A stretch of 63,952 nt of DNA, counting the filler, from Basidiobolus meristosporus CBS 931.73 (Eukaryota > Fungi > Basidiobolomycota): NCBI GenBank assembly GCA_002104905.1. It is 3 parts of 3 records of this genome, joined end to end, with 100 filler letters (N's around TTAATTAATTAA, not from the genome) between each part and the next. Parts side by side here need not be neighbours in the genome. Positions count along the whole stretch, not along the records: positions 17,104 to 47,886 come from MCFE01000844.1; positions 47,987 to 63,952 come from MCFE01001138.1; 1 more part is not named here. The stretch is one strand, 5' to 3'. Below, one piece after another: positions 36,251 through 48,007 of this stretch. The first letter of the stretch is position 1. Each line of letters begins with the position of its first letter. The notes under the pieces are model-generated. The model made no database searches. It worked only from the letters and a program-made list of their open reading frames with translations, and was not told the origin of the DNA. The translations under genes and the position numbers were made by a program.

Positions 36251-38318
36251 ATAGAAGTGTGTCAATTGTGGCAGGTATGCACATATATAAAGGTTAGTAA
36301 GCAGGAGGCCATAGTTTTGGTTGATTTAAACTATATGGGGAATACCTATGGTAGTAGTGTGTAAGCAAATTTATTGGTGTGACTCTACAGTGGAACATAT
36401 GAATTGTGTAAGGGGAGGTAGAAAATGGAATATCATTGGTAAGCTGGTTTGGTAGAATTATACAGGACTAGCTGTAGGTCACTGTACTGCTGTGAAAATG
36501 CCAACTGAGGTCTGTATTGAGGCTGTCAAAGCATCATCATGTTTCTGCCATATAAGGCAATTGCATATATTGGCCAGTAAGGTCTGCTCAGATAAGTGTA
36601 GACCACATTTAGACCATCTGGATGCCATGCAAGTCCCACTTAAAGACAGTTAAAACGCCATCAAGTTTATTACTTAATTTGGCAGTAAAAACTGCAAAAC
36701 ACTGTCACAATCCCACCATTAGATTGTGGAGAAGGTCAAGAATTCCAAGCTGCTGGCATTATAACAGCCTTGTTGTGGGATTCAGATGGCTTATCTGGAT
36801 CAGATCCACCTGTGGGACTGAATTAGTATTCATAGAAGGATAGGTTGATGGGAGCCCCAGAAAGTGTTTCCCTATGTCTGATTGGGGGCAACATCTCAGC
36901 AACATGAAAAGAGAATAGTGCTTTCATGAAATCCATGATCCCAATGTAGGTACCAGATGAGGTTCCTCAATGGATTCCAAGATATCAGCCTGAGTGAAGC
37001 ATGTAAACCTTATGTACAATTGATTGGGCAAAACTGACCTTGAGTTTGCCCTGAGTGAATCAGGTCTTACCACCTGGTCAGGCTTAGCAAACCTGCCAAC
37101 AGCTAGATTCTCAGGTCTCACTGCCACCACAAATTAGCACCAGTGGACCCTTCACATGCTAATTCATTGAGTCAGTTTTGGCCATTCACTCCCGAAACGG
37201 AACTGTTTACACCTGGGGAGTGGAGGCGATTGAAGGAGAGCCACCCAAAAGTGGTGATATGGTGTGTTGGAGGGTTTGAGATGAGGTCAAACCCATTCTT
37301 TCCTGAATTGAACGGCACCTAACAACCCCGGAACCTGCCATGAAACCACAAGCGCAGTCCCCGAGTGGTGTATCCTGAGGACATTCCAAGGAGGCGGGAG
37401 ATAGGAGTCAGACTGAAACAATCCATGGTGATTGCATCCGCCGGCTGGCATGCCCCTCTGGAGTCACCACTAGGACGTTCAGGAGTCGCTGGTATTCAGT
37501 TCTCCATTAGACCAAGGATGCAGAATGATTGAGACACCTGACTCAACCAGCTAGGGGGATCCGGAGGATCACCAGTCGGGACCTGAAGGTATTGCCAAGG
37601 CCGGACGCTCCCCAATTGATGACCCGAAACCGGGCCGGGCGTTTCGACCTCAGGGACATTCACTGGGCATCAAGCCTCCGACCCAGGAACCGAGCCAGGC
37701 ATGAAACAAGGTGGGCTGAGATTTGGAACCTTGCAGGCGGGAAACTGAGGAATCAGGTGAGGAGCAACTGAACCCATTCGTTGCCTCCTCAGATCCAGTA
37801 ACTATGAACCCCACCCTAGGTTGGTAGGCAGGCCAATTCCGGGAGAATCATGGTTGGTGCGCGGTGGAACCTATAGAACCCTGGGCATAGAAGAATACGT
37901 AATCAGGTTCCCGAAGAAGATGGGGGTGTATGTACAACCGTCCAGAGGATATCCTCGGGTGACCAGCCTCCTCCCATATAGTCAAAACTCGGATGACTTT
38001 GGCTGTTTATTTACTGGTGGGAAACAAAACGACCTTGCCGACTCATTCATTAAAGTGGGGGGGGGGGGGGTGTCCCACTGGCAGGAAAGGCGCCAACCGC
38101 AATGGAACGATGCCACGGTGACGATGATAGGGATAGCTTGGGATGAAAATCAGAGGGAAAGGTCTGTGAGGGGGGGGGGGGGGGTTGGGGAGTTTTTTAC
38201 TTCACCATCTCGGTTCTACTGCGTAAAAAAGGGGGAGGTAGCTAGATGGCTGGATATGAAAAGGAGAGGCTGGCGGGGATGGCGGTAGAAACGTGCGTTT
38301 TTGACGAGCCCTCCGGGA

Positions 38319-39822
38319 TTAACTTAGAGACTTGAGATTGAGCGGATACTCTGCGACGTACAAGGTCGGCATTAAACGATTTGCGATGGGGTACGTGAAT
38401 GCTGGTGGGGACTTACTTGTGCCTGATCCTCCGCTAGGATACACTTTCCGTCCGGAACTGCTGAACGGCTTGGGGTCCGGGAACTCGGTATGAGAGTGGA
38501 AGGTCCAGCGTCCTTCGGTGGTAGGAGGGTGCTTCTTGACTACAAAGGTTGTAAACAAAGGATTAAACGATCGAACTTGTGCGGCGATTCCATAGTGAGT
38601 TACCTTGGTGGGTAGGTTGGGAGGGTGCCTTTGCAATTCCGATGGCAGGTAACGTGTTCACTGGCGAAGGTGCCTTAGTAACAGGTGGTGGTGGTGGGGG
38701 CCCAAGTGCTTTGGGTGCAGCTGATGGAGGTGGTGGTGGGGGCGGTAGTGTCGTGGGTGATACGTGAGCCTTGGGTGCAGTATGTGTAAGTTGAGAAGGA
38801 CCTCTAGATACAGGAGGTGGTGGTGGTGGGGGTGAGACCGGAGTGCTACGCAATGGATTTGGTGCTCTGTTTGGGGGAGGGGGTGGAGGAGCAGTACTAC
38901 GGCTAGGTGGTGGCGGTGGTGGACCTGGTCGACGAGCAGGTGGTGGTGGTGGCTTTCTTCCCCCAGGAGGGGGTGGTACACTTCTACGTGATGGTGGTGG
39001 TGGAGCAGGGCCTCTGGCCGGAGGGGGTGGTGCCGGGCCTCTTCTAGGAGGAGGTGGAGCAGCACCTCTTGGCGGTGGAGGTGGGGCAGCATTTCTCGGG
39101 GGTGGTGGTGGAATGGCACTTCTCTGAGGAGGTGGAGCAACCGATCTGTTGGGTGGTGGGGAAGCTACGTTTCTTTGAGGCAGTGGCGGATTAAATGTAC
39201 TAGTTTTGTTAACAGGTGGTGGAGGTGGGGGAATATTATTCACAGGCTTGCTTGGGAGACTCGAGCCGTTAAAGCGGCCAGCGGGCGGTGGGGGTAAAGC
39301 TGAAACAGCGGGTTTTGGAGCTGAAAAGCCATTCCCTTTATAGACATGGGGTGAGTACGGCATGGCCTAAAACCAACTGTAGGTGAATGGCTATGAAATA
39401 AAGCACATTACCTTCATCTTTACCCGTATCTATTCCTCCGCGAGATTTAAGTTTAGGCATCCCACCGGCAAATAATCCGCCTAACCCAGGTGGACCGCCC
39501 ATCCCAGTCGGGGCACTACTCCCGCCAGCACTTGCCGATCCACCACTGAAACCGGTAGATGCACTTGGGCCAGACGTTTTTCCTGTTTTGCGTAGCGAGA
39601 AGCAGTGAGTATTTTCCGGTCGAGGCGTTTGAAGGCCAGATGAAGATGGAGTTGTATGTGCAACCAGGTACCTGAAAGTTGTGGACCGGATCTGTCGTTG
39701 GTAACCGTTTTCTTCAGTCTAGTGCCAGTTTGGATTTGGCTTAGCAAGGCGGAACGATTAGGTGCCGCTGGCGGGGGACCCCCTGAGGCAGGCGGTGGGG
39801 GTGGTGGTGGGGGGCCAGGCAT
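38319..39822 (-). CDS. VRP1: Verprolin / WIP actin regulator (multi-exon)
   Basis: MPGPPPPPPP start, WH2 motif RSALLSQIQTGTRLKKTVTNDRS, long poly-Pro body, C-terminal WASP-binding-like GRWTFHSHTEFPDPKPF...KVYPSG. Confidence 0.85.
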
Positions 39823-40239
39823 CTTGTTTGAAAAGAAGAAACTACTGTATAAAGGAGAATTTACTGTAGAAGAGAATAAGCTACTTTGTGGAAACTGGAA
39901 GTTAAAGTTGGTCAAATGACACCCAAACCCGAACTCGTATTTCCGATTCGCAAAACATCGGGAAAGTCAAATAACCACCGGCAGAAATCATGGAAATCCG
40001 GGGAGTCAAACATCGATCATTGATGACGAGTATGGTGGAGCTTAGACAAGATTGATTGGCCAGTTGGCAAAGCTCTGACCGCGCATATCCCAAGATTTCA
40101 AAACGCCATAGTTTGGAAACGCGAGAAGGACGACCCTCATTTATTTTTGGTTCGGTGATCACAAAATACAAAATACTCCCTGGATCGATAATTATAACTA
40201 CATTCTCTATGCTATGTAAGGTGCGGGGCAGGCTGGGAA

Positions 40240-41485
40240 TTACATCCACTCCAAAGCCAGGATCTCTCTTCTGACCCGTTCTTCCACGGTGTATACAGTG
40301 GTTACCTTGAATTGAGCCTCACGTTCAACGAGTTGTCGGAAAAGGAGAACGCTTCCATTACACCCAAAGTACATGGATTTGGCCGCAACATAGGCAACAC
40401 CGCCACGCTTCAGCAACGCCTTGATAAGATTGTAGAGTTTCAAGTGGGACTCGACAGAGTAGATGGTCTCGGAGGTAAGCAAGACGTCGTACTTGTCCTC
40501 TTCGCTGAGATTCAACAAGGCCTAATCGAACGTGATTAATGAAGGGACCACAAGTTAAGCAAGCCATTGGAGCACTCTACCGGTAGGGACTCCCAATCTC
40601 CGGAAAAGAAGCGGGTTCGTTTGGAAAGCTCCTGCAAGACTTGCTTCTCGTCAGCATCTTCGATATCCTGCTCGATCAAGCCATTGACTAGATCCGAGTC
40701 TGGTTGGGGGCGTGTCACAGTGTTGACCATAACGTTAGGGATGGTGATCAATCTAAGGACCTGCTCATTATAATCCTGCATATGGACAGCACATGTTTGA
40801 TGCTGTACAAGGCAGTAGAGCGAGGGTAGCGAGGATCCACACCCTATCTAAATCCAGCCACGATTCAGCAAAGGCCCTAGGATGGATCGAGGAAACCTAC
40901 TCACCTCGAACACCTTCTTGTCATCGAAAAAGTTTTTTGGAAGTTGGGTGGACATGAAGCGAACCAGATCGACGGAGCATTCCCAGGTCTTGAAGCCACC
41001 TGTACATATCACATAAGTTAACCAAAGCTGCGGGTCGTTCTCGGGCCACCAGCTTGACGCTAACCTTCATAAACACCGGCCACCAGATCGGAATTGTCTT
41101 CCAAACCAACAATGTTCTTTTGCTCGCCGTTCTCGATCTGATCCTCTTGGGCAAGTTGGAATTTGACGTCAGATAAATGACGTTTGTAGATGGGCTGGAG
41201 GTCTTGAGCGAACAAAATGGGTTCAACAACTATGTTCGTGGGCTACAACAATGTCAGCACCATTTCTGAGAAACCCCTTCAGAGAAAAGTGACCGCTCTC
41301 TTACCAAAGGGAGTATGACCTCCGGAGAGACTTCGCGGCTGGACTCGTAAGAAATAGAAACCTCAGGGTTTACTTGATCGACGCTATCATCGTCATCCTA
41401 GGGTGCAGGGAAGTTGAGCCAGAGCGCCTTTTGTGAAGCATGTCGGGGACAAAGTGCCACTTACCACAAAGTCGAAGCGAAACAT
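40240..41485 (-). CDS. HPM1: Histidine protein methyltransferase 1 (METTL18 family, multi-exon)
   Basis: MFRFDFV start, SDLVAGVYEG|GFKTWECSVDL, QDYNEQVL, FFSGDW, YDVLLTSETIYS, VAAKSMYFGCNGS. Confidence 0.85.
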
Positions 41486-41878
41486 TGTACTAAGGTCGAA
41501 TAGGCGAACCCAGAAGCCTCGAAAACCCCATTTCAATATGGAATATAACCCGATGGTTTTTTTTATCCGGTTTGACGAAAGGCTGTTTAATCTGATTGCC
41601 TGCTCACATCTGTGATTAGTTTCACGACGAAGTAGGCAAGATCCATTTTTCTTTTGAACCAAATCCGGATTTTTCTTCACCGATACCATGCAAATCTGCT
41701 AGGATGCAAATTGAGGCTATATTGCACACTATGCAGTCCGAGGATTCTTCTATCGTCCGTAAACGCTCCATTATCAGCGAGATCGGTTGTGTTTGTTGGT
41801 AAATGAGGAATGGAATTATTTATTCAATCAAAAAGTATATGTATATGAAAGTTGTTGGGGCGAATTATTACACTGCGC

Positions 41879-43180
41879 TTATGAGGCTTCTTCCATCTTG
41901 GTATCGGTATCATTGCATGTCTCCTTGACATTTTTCGCAATGAGATAGGTGAAGGGAAGGGACACGGTGAACAGTGCCCACGACACGATCAGCTGGATCA
42001 AGAAGCTGGTGTTGACTGCGTCGATTCTCCAGGCAATGGCTGCTCCGGCAGATTGCATTCCCTTGTAGTAGCCGGCATATCTGGCCAAGATGGTCGAGTC
42101 GTTGGACATGGCTCCCATGATCCAGTAGGCGTAGGTCTGGAGGGCAGCATCGCAGATACCATAGCAGACATACAGCACCCACTTGGGCCAGAAGGCTCCG
42201 GCATCATTGATGAAGTCGATATCCTTGGGGTGATCCTCGCGGGTGTATTGAAGCTGCAGAGCAAGACCTCCACCCCAGGTGGCGGTGAACAGGATCCCGA
42301 CGCCAGCAAGTCCGTACAAAGCTCTGGTTCTTCTGCCGAAGCGGGGGGTATCAAGGAACGCACCCAAGATGTATGCTCCGGCCATCTGCGAGCCCCAGTA
42401 GAAGGCGTTGTTGAATGATCTGCTACGGAGGTTGAACAGCACTCCGTTCACTGCTCCGAATTGGTACGAGTAGAACCAGTTGGACGCGAGGCAGAGTGGG
42501 GTCAGCAGGAGCATGTTCTTGTCGGTGAACATCTTCAAGATTCCGATGATCTCATTGCCAATGTTGCTGAACTTCTCCACATGCACGCGAGACCCATCGT
42601 CACGGACGACCTTGGCGGGTGGGAGGATGGCAAGTCCAGCAATAGCGCCAATGATCATGATCACCAGGAAGGCCAGGTAGGTAGAGTTGCTGACAGCCCC
42701 GCTGTCTGAGTGGAAGTTGAGGCCGAATGGAATGAACGCGCCCATGACACCGCCAAGGTTGAAGATGATCCAGAAGAGACCGACACAGCGACCCTTCTGA
42801 TCTTCAGCGGGGTAGGCCATCATGATCACACCCTGAGTGGTCCAGAGAATACCAGCACCAATACCCAACACTGCGCTGGAAGCAATGACAAAGGCGGCGT
42901 TCTTGTTGACGTTGTAGTTGAGAAGAGAGCCGGAGTATAGGGCATAGGAGAGCCCACCGAGCAGCATACACAAGCGGCCACCAAGGACATTGTAGAAGCC
43001 ACCACCGAGACAACCGAATACAGCGAAGCAGGCGTAAAGGGCGACGTTTCCGTTCTTGGCGGTGTTATCGTCCATCTGGCCACCGGCACCCATGCCGTTG
43101 ATGACATTGAACATGCCAGGGCAGCAGAAGCAAACAAGACCTACCAGGAGGACTTGTGTGAGAGGACTGTTGTATCTCAT
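41879..43180 (-). CDS. UNC-93-like MFS transporter, copy 1
   Basis: 433 aa, multi-TM, YNSPLTQV...FCCPGMFN...GAGG, LWTTQGVIMMAYP, RYAGYYKGMQSAGAAIAW; intronless. Confidence 0.88.
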   Translation of the reverse strand: MRYNSPLTQVLLVGLVCFCCPGMFNVINGMGAGGQMDDNTAKNGNVALYACFAVFGCLGGGFYNVLGGRLCMLLGGLSYALYSGSLLNYNVNKNAAFVIASSAVLGIGAGILWTTQGVIMMAYPAEDQKGRCVGLFWIIFNLGGVMGAFIPFGLNFHSDSGAVSNSTYLAFLVIMIIGAIAGLAILPPAKVVRDDGSRVHVEKFSNIGNEIIGILKMFTDKNMLLLTPLCLASNWFYSYQFGAVNGVLFNLRSRSFNNAFYWGSQMAGAYILGAFLDTPRFGRRTRALYGLAGVGILFTATWGGGLALQLQYTREDHPKDIDFINDAGAFWPKWVLYVCYGICDAALQTYAYWIMGAMSNDSTILARYAGYYKGMQSAGAAIAWRIDAVNTSFLIQLIVSWALFTVSLPFTYLIAKNVKETCNDTDTKMEEAS

Positions 43181-44225
43181 GATAATGAATTTGATGTGAA
43201 CTGATGTGATAGTAGCAACATTTCACAGCTTTTATAACCTCGTAAAATTGGCGCATATTCGTCTCCAACGATAACGTGCTTCATATGGCAGGCATTCGTG
43301 GAGCCGAGAACCAGATCATACTCCCATATAATATATATGGAATGATCCTTAGTACAAAGTCTGGGCTGTCAAGCAAACTGTTTGGTAGTAACTCAGTAGA
43401 ATTCAAATGGGGGTAAATGTAACAAACCTGGGTAGGTAAATACCCCCAAGAAACTACCCTGTATATATCTATACATAGTCTACTTATCGGAGCAAACCTC
43501 AAGGTTCTATTCAATAAGCTAATTAATTAATCTTAATATGGGATTTCTTGGAGCTGAAGAAGTTCGACTTTCTGATGATTGTGGCTTCCTCGCATAGTTA
43601 CTGTTATGCTGGCCAATCAGGGAGTCCCAATTAGTGTTTTCCATATTCTACCATGGATGATGAGATGCCTATTTTGGAATGCCATCTGTGGAGAACCTAT
43701 CTCCATCGCTCAACTGACTTGTACCAACCTGGTCGGAGAAGACGAATTAGGAATCACCGCTGCCACGACAGTTGAGCAACCCAACCAAGGATCCCCGTTG
43801 CAGTACGGTACACGAGTATGGCCACACCTGCCATAAAAAGGAATTCCAATCATTATGGTCTAGTTACGTAGTTTCAAAATGACAATATCTCCAGGACAAA
43901 ACTAGACTTATTGCCACACAAACACAAACTTGAAGTCAAGAATGGGCTTAAATTCCATTGCAAGTCGAGATCGAATGATTCCTTTCGCCGGTCACGTTTT
44001 ATCGTTCGCGATGCTGTGAATGGCAAAATGATTCTACTTATTTCGATTCCCTGTGATCGTTGGACAATTTTGGTGGAGTATCCGTACTGCTTAAACTACC
44101 ATTTTAGCATGAACACAACACAAAGCAAACCACATAGCACAGAGCATGAAACTATAAAAGCAGGGCTTGATTTCCTCCTTTCTCAGTAAAACCAATCATA
44201 CATTTTATTTGAATAAAATATTCAA

Positions 44226-45527
44226 ATGCGCTACAACAGTCCTCTCACACAAGTCCTCCTGGTAGGTCTTGTTTGCTTCTGCTGCCCTGGCATGTTCAAT
44301 GTCATCAACGGCATGGGTGCCGGTGGCCAGATGGACGATAACACCGCCAAGAACGGAAACGTCGCCCTTTACGCCTGCTTCGCTGTATTCGGTTGTCTCG
44401 GTGGTGGCTTCTACAATGTCCTTGGTGGCCGCTTGTGCATGCTGCTCGGTGGGCTCTCCTATGCCCTCTACTCTGGCTCTCTTCTCAACTACAACGTCAA
44501 CAAGAACGCCGCCTTTGTCATTGCTTCCAGCGCAGTGTTGGGTATTGGTGCTGGTATTCTCTGGACCACTCAGGGTGTGATCATGATGGCCTACCCCGCT
44601 GAAGATCAGAAGGGTCGCTGTGTCGGTCTCTTCTGGATCATCTTCAACCTTGGCGGTGTCATGGGCGCGTTCATTCCATTCGGCCTCAACTTCCACTCAG
44701 ACAGCGGGGCTGTCAGCAACTCCACCTACCTGGCCTTCCTGGTGATCATGATCATTGGCGCTATTGCTGGACTTGCCATCCTCCCACCCGCCAAGGTCGT
44801 CCGTGACGATGGGTCTCGCGTGCATGTGGAGAAGTTCAGCAACATTGGCAATGAGATCATCGGAATCTTGAAGATGTTCACCGACAAGAACATGCTCCTG
44901 CTGACCCCACTCTGCCTCGCGTCCAACTGGTTCTACTCGTACCAATTCGGAGCAGTGAACGGAGTGCTGTTCAACCTCCGTAGCAGATCATTCAACAACG
45001 CCTTCTACTGGGGCTCGCAGATGGCCGGAGCATACATCTTGGGTGCGTTCCTTGATACCCCCCGCTTCGGCAGAAGAACCAGAGCTTTGTACGGACTTGC
45101 TGGCGTCGGGATCCTGTTCACCGCCACCTGGGGTGGAGGTCTTGCTCTGCAGCTTCAATACACCCGCGAGGATCACCCCAAGGATATCGACTTCATCAAT
45201 GATGCCGGAGCCTTCTGGCCCAAGTGGGTGCTGTATGTCTGCTATGGTATCTGCGATGCTGCCCTCCAGACCTACGCCTACTGGATCATGGGAGCCATGT
45301 CCAACGACTCGACCATCTTGGCCAGATATGCCGGCTACTACAAGGGAATGCAATCTGCCGGAGCAGCCATTGCCTGGAGAATCGACGCAGTCAACACCAG
45401 CTTCTTGATCCAGCTGATCGTGTCGTGGGCACTGTTCACCGTGTCCCTTCCCTTCACCTATCTCATTGCGAAAAATGTCAAGGAGACATGCAATGATACC
45501 GATACCAAGATGGAAGAGGCTTCTTAA
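44226..45527 (+). CDS. UNC-93-like MFS transporter, copy 2 (identical protein, inverted)
   Basis: The two 433-aa translations in the ORF track are identical; divergently oriented with a 1045-bp spacer. Confidence 0.88.
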   Translation: MRYNSPLTQVLLVGLVCFCCPGMFNVINGMGAGGQMDDNTAKNGNVALYACFAVFGCLGGGFYNVLGGRLCMLLGGLSYALYSGSLLNYNVNKNAAFVIASSAVLGIGAGILWTTQGVIMMAYPAEDQKGRCVGLFWIIFNLGGVMGAFIPFGLNFHSDSGAVSNSTYLAFLVIMIIGAIAGLAILPPAKVVRDDGSRVHVEKFSNIGNEIIGILKMFTDKNMLLLTPLCLASNWFYSYQFGAVNGVLFNLRSRSFNNAFYWGSQMAGAYILGAFLDTPRFGRRTRALYGLAGVGILFTATWGGGLALQLQYTREDHPKDIDFINDAGAFWPKWVLYVCYGICDAALQTYAYWIMGAMSNDSTILARYAGYYKGMQSAGAAIAWRIDAVNTSFLIQLIVSWALFTVSLPFTYLIAKNVKETCNDTDTKMEEAS

Positions 45528-47206
45528 TCGCAGTGTATCTAGAATTTTGTTCGTACATATAAGTTCGTTAACCTGTAGAATTTCATAAATAAATAACTCA
45601 ATCGTTCATACAACATCTTCAGGTAAAGCCCACTTGTAGGTAGATACCTGTTGCGCGCTGGTTTTGAATATAAAGTTGGCAGATAGCGACTTTGGGCGAT
45701 ACAGGTCACCAAGGAATCTTGATCGACCGTTATTCAAGCCCTCGGATCGGGCGACATTAAGTGTAACGTTCACCGAGCGGGTAACATATGAATTAATCCT
45801 TCAACGGGATCCTTCCAAATTCAACGATGGTATTGATAGCGCCAGCAACCAAATTATATGGATCCAAGACGATCCATTTAAATTCATGCTTTTGTTAGCC
45901 ACGGCGCTGTAATACATCATACTATTAGCTATAAATTAGCTGATTATGGCCTCGTAGTCCAAATTTGGGACACCAATCCTGAGAGTACATAGGTTGTTGA
46001 AAATCCATACTGATCTGGTTGAGGAAACGTTGAATATGTCAGGCTACGTTGATTGGGTGGGGGGTGTGATCATTTGATATTAGGTTAAAAAGTTGATGGT
46101 GTGGTTAATACCTTATTTAGGAGGCATGAGATCATGGGAAATTTTGGGCTAGTTATCGAATTTCTCTTGCTTGAAAAAGAGAACTTTTTCCTGTGATGAA
46201 AGAACTTACCATTATTCCATATTCTAATATTAACCTCCTCGGGTTATTTTGGGATCCCGTCAGATGCACCATTTAATCATGAGATTGCAGGCAGAAAGTT
46301 GGGATTTCTCAAGTGATAGACTCTAAAGCAGTTACCTGATGCTTACCTGTCAGTCGCTCGATCAATTCAGCACTGCATATTAATTGTGGACGCCCTTCCC
46401 CAGGGATTTTTTTCTCGTTTGTATTCATAGTGGTCATTCCCGAATCACTATTGATGTGTGGTTTTAATCTATTCATGGATTTAAACGAACCTGTCTGGAT
46501 TCCCCACCAACTGTTAACCAGTGGATCTATTTTTATAACTAGCTGATAAGCGCTTTCCAAATTTCACGATATCAACGCAAGACCTGATTACATGCAGAGC
46601 TACAAACCATCGGTACGTGGAATGTGTTTTATCGCGATCATCAACGCCTTGACGGTTAGAGTTACGCCCACAATAACTTACAATCGGTAGGTTGCAGTAG
46701 TATGAAAGCTCCAATAACTCAACCCTCGCAGTGCCAATACCTCGTACCAATGCCAAGATTATACGGATAGTGATTCAAGGTAGTCTATTTTCCCTCCTAG
46801 AATTGTCATAGAAGTTACATCTCAACGAGTAATCACAAAGTAAAACCACTTTGTTAACTGTTAATCATTGCGGCCGCAAATACGAAATGTCGCTAGGCTG
46901 ATTGAAGTAAGTGAAACCCCTCCCACGTTTGGTATGGGCGATTGGCTTGATCGATTAAAGTAATGTGAAACCAACGACCATATTTGGCAGAGTAGAACGA
47001 TGTCAAAATCCGATAAGAAGGGTTTGTTATTTTGGGCTTACAAAAAAGTAACGACATGGTTGTTATTATGTGCGTTTCCGAAGATTGACACAACAGTGGG
47101 TATTCATAGATAAGCGCGAAAAGCGTATAAATGAGAGCGTCTTGGCGCCTTGTACAACCTAACAAATCATCTAAACTTGGTCTCACCGCATTATCTTCCA
47201 TTCTTG

Positions 47207-47886
47207 ATGCGCTACAACAGTCCGCTTGCCCAGGTTCTTCTAGTGGGTTTGATCTGCTTCTGCTGCCCTGGCATGTTCAATGTCATCAACGGCATGGGTG
47301 CCGGTGGTCAAATGGATAACAACACCGCCAAGAACGGAAACGTCGCCCTTTACGCCTGCTTCGCTGTATTCGGTTACTTGGGTGGTGGTATTTACAACGT
47401 TCTTGGTGGTCGCCTGTGCTTGTTGCTGGGAGGACTTTCCTATGCCCTCTACTCTGGCTCTCTTCTCAACTACAACGTTAACAAAAATGCTGCATTTGTC
47501 ATCGGTGCCAGTGCCGTGCTTGGTCTTGGAGCCGGTATTCTTTGGACCACTCAAGGTGTGATCATGATGTCCTACCCCGCTGAAGACCAAAAGGGTCGTT
47601 GTGTCGGCCTCTTCTGGATCATCTTCAACCTTGGTGGCGTCATGGGCGCGTTCATTCCATTCGGCCTCAACTTCCACTCAGACAAGGGTGCTGTCAGCAA
47701 CTCCACCTACCTGGCCTTCCTGGTGATCATGATCATTGGCGCTATTGCTGGACTTGCCATCCTCCCGCCCGAGAAGGTTGTCCGTGATGATGGGTCTCGT
47801 GTGCACGTGGAGAAGTTCAGCAACATCGGAAAGGAGATCCTTGAAACATTGAAGCTATTCACCGACAAGAACATGCTCCTGCTGAC
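47207..47886 (+). CDS. UNC-93-like MFS transporter, copy 3 (diverged, runs into gap)
   Basis: MRYNSPLAQVLLVGLICF...; sequence ends at the N-run starting at 47887. Confidence 0.85.
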
Positions 47887-47986
47887 NNNNNNNNNNNNNN
47901 NNNNNNNNNNNNNNNNNNNNNNNNNNNNNNTTAATTAATTAANNNNNNNNNNNNNNNNNNNNNNNNNNNNNNNNNNNNNNNNNNNN
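47887..47986. other. Assembly gap with TTAATTAATTAA linker
   Basis: 100-nt N-run with the same 12-mer at 47931-47942. Confidence 0.97.
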
Positions 47987-48007
47987 AGGTAGTCCGAGTG
48001 TTGATCT

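Noticed and set aside
37130-38290. GC-richer segment with short ORFs on both strands
   Set aside because: No recognisable domain or splice-supported model.
38658-39140. His-rich and Gly-rich ORFs
   Set aside because: Alternative and antisense frames of the poly-Pro verprolin exon.
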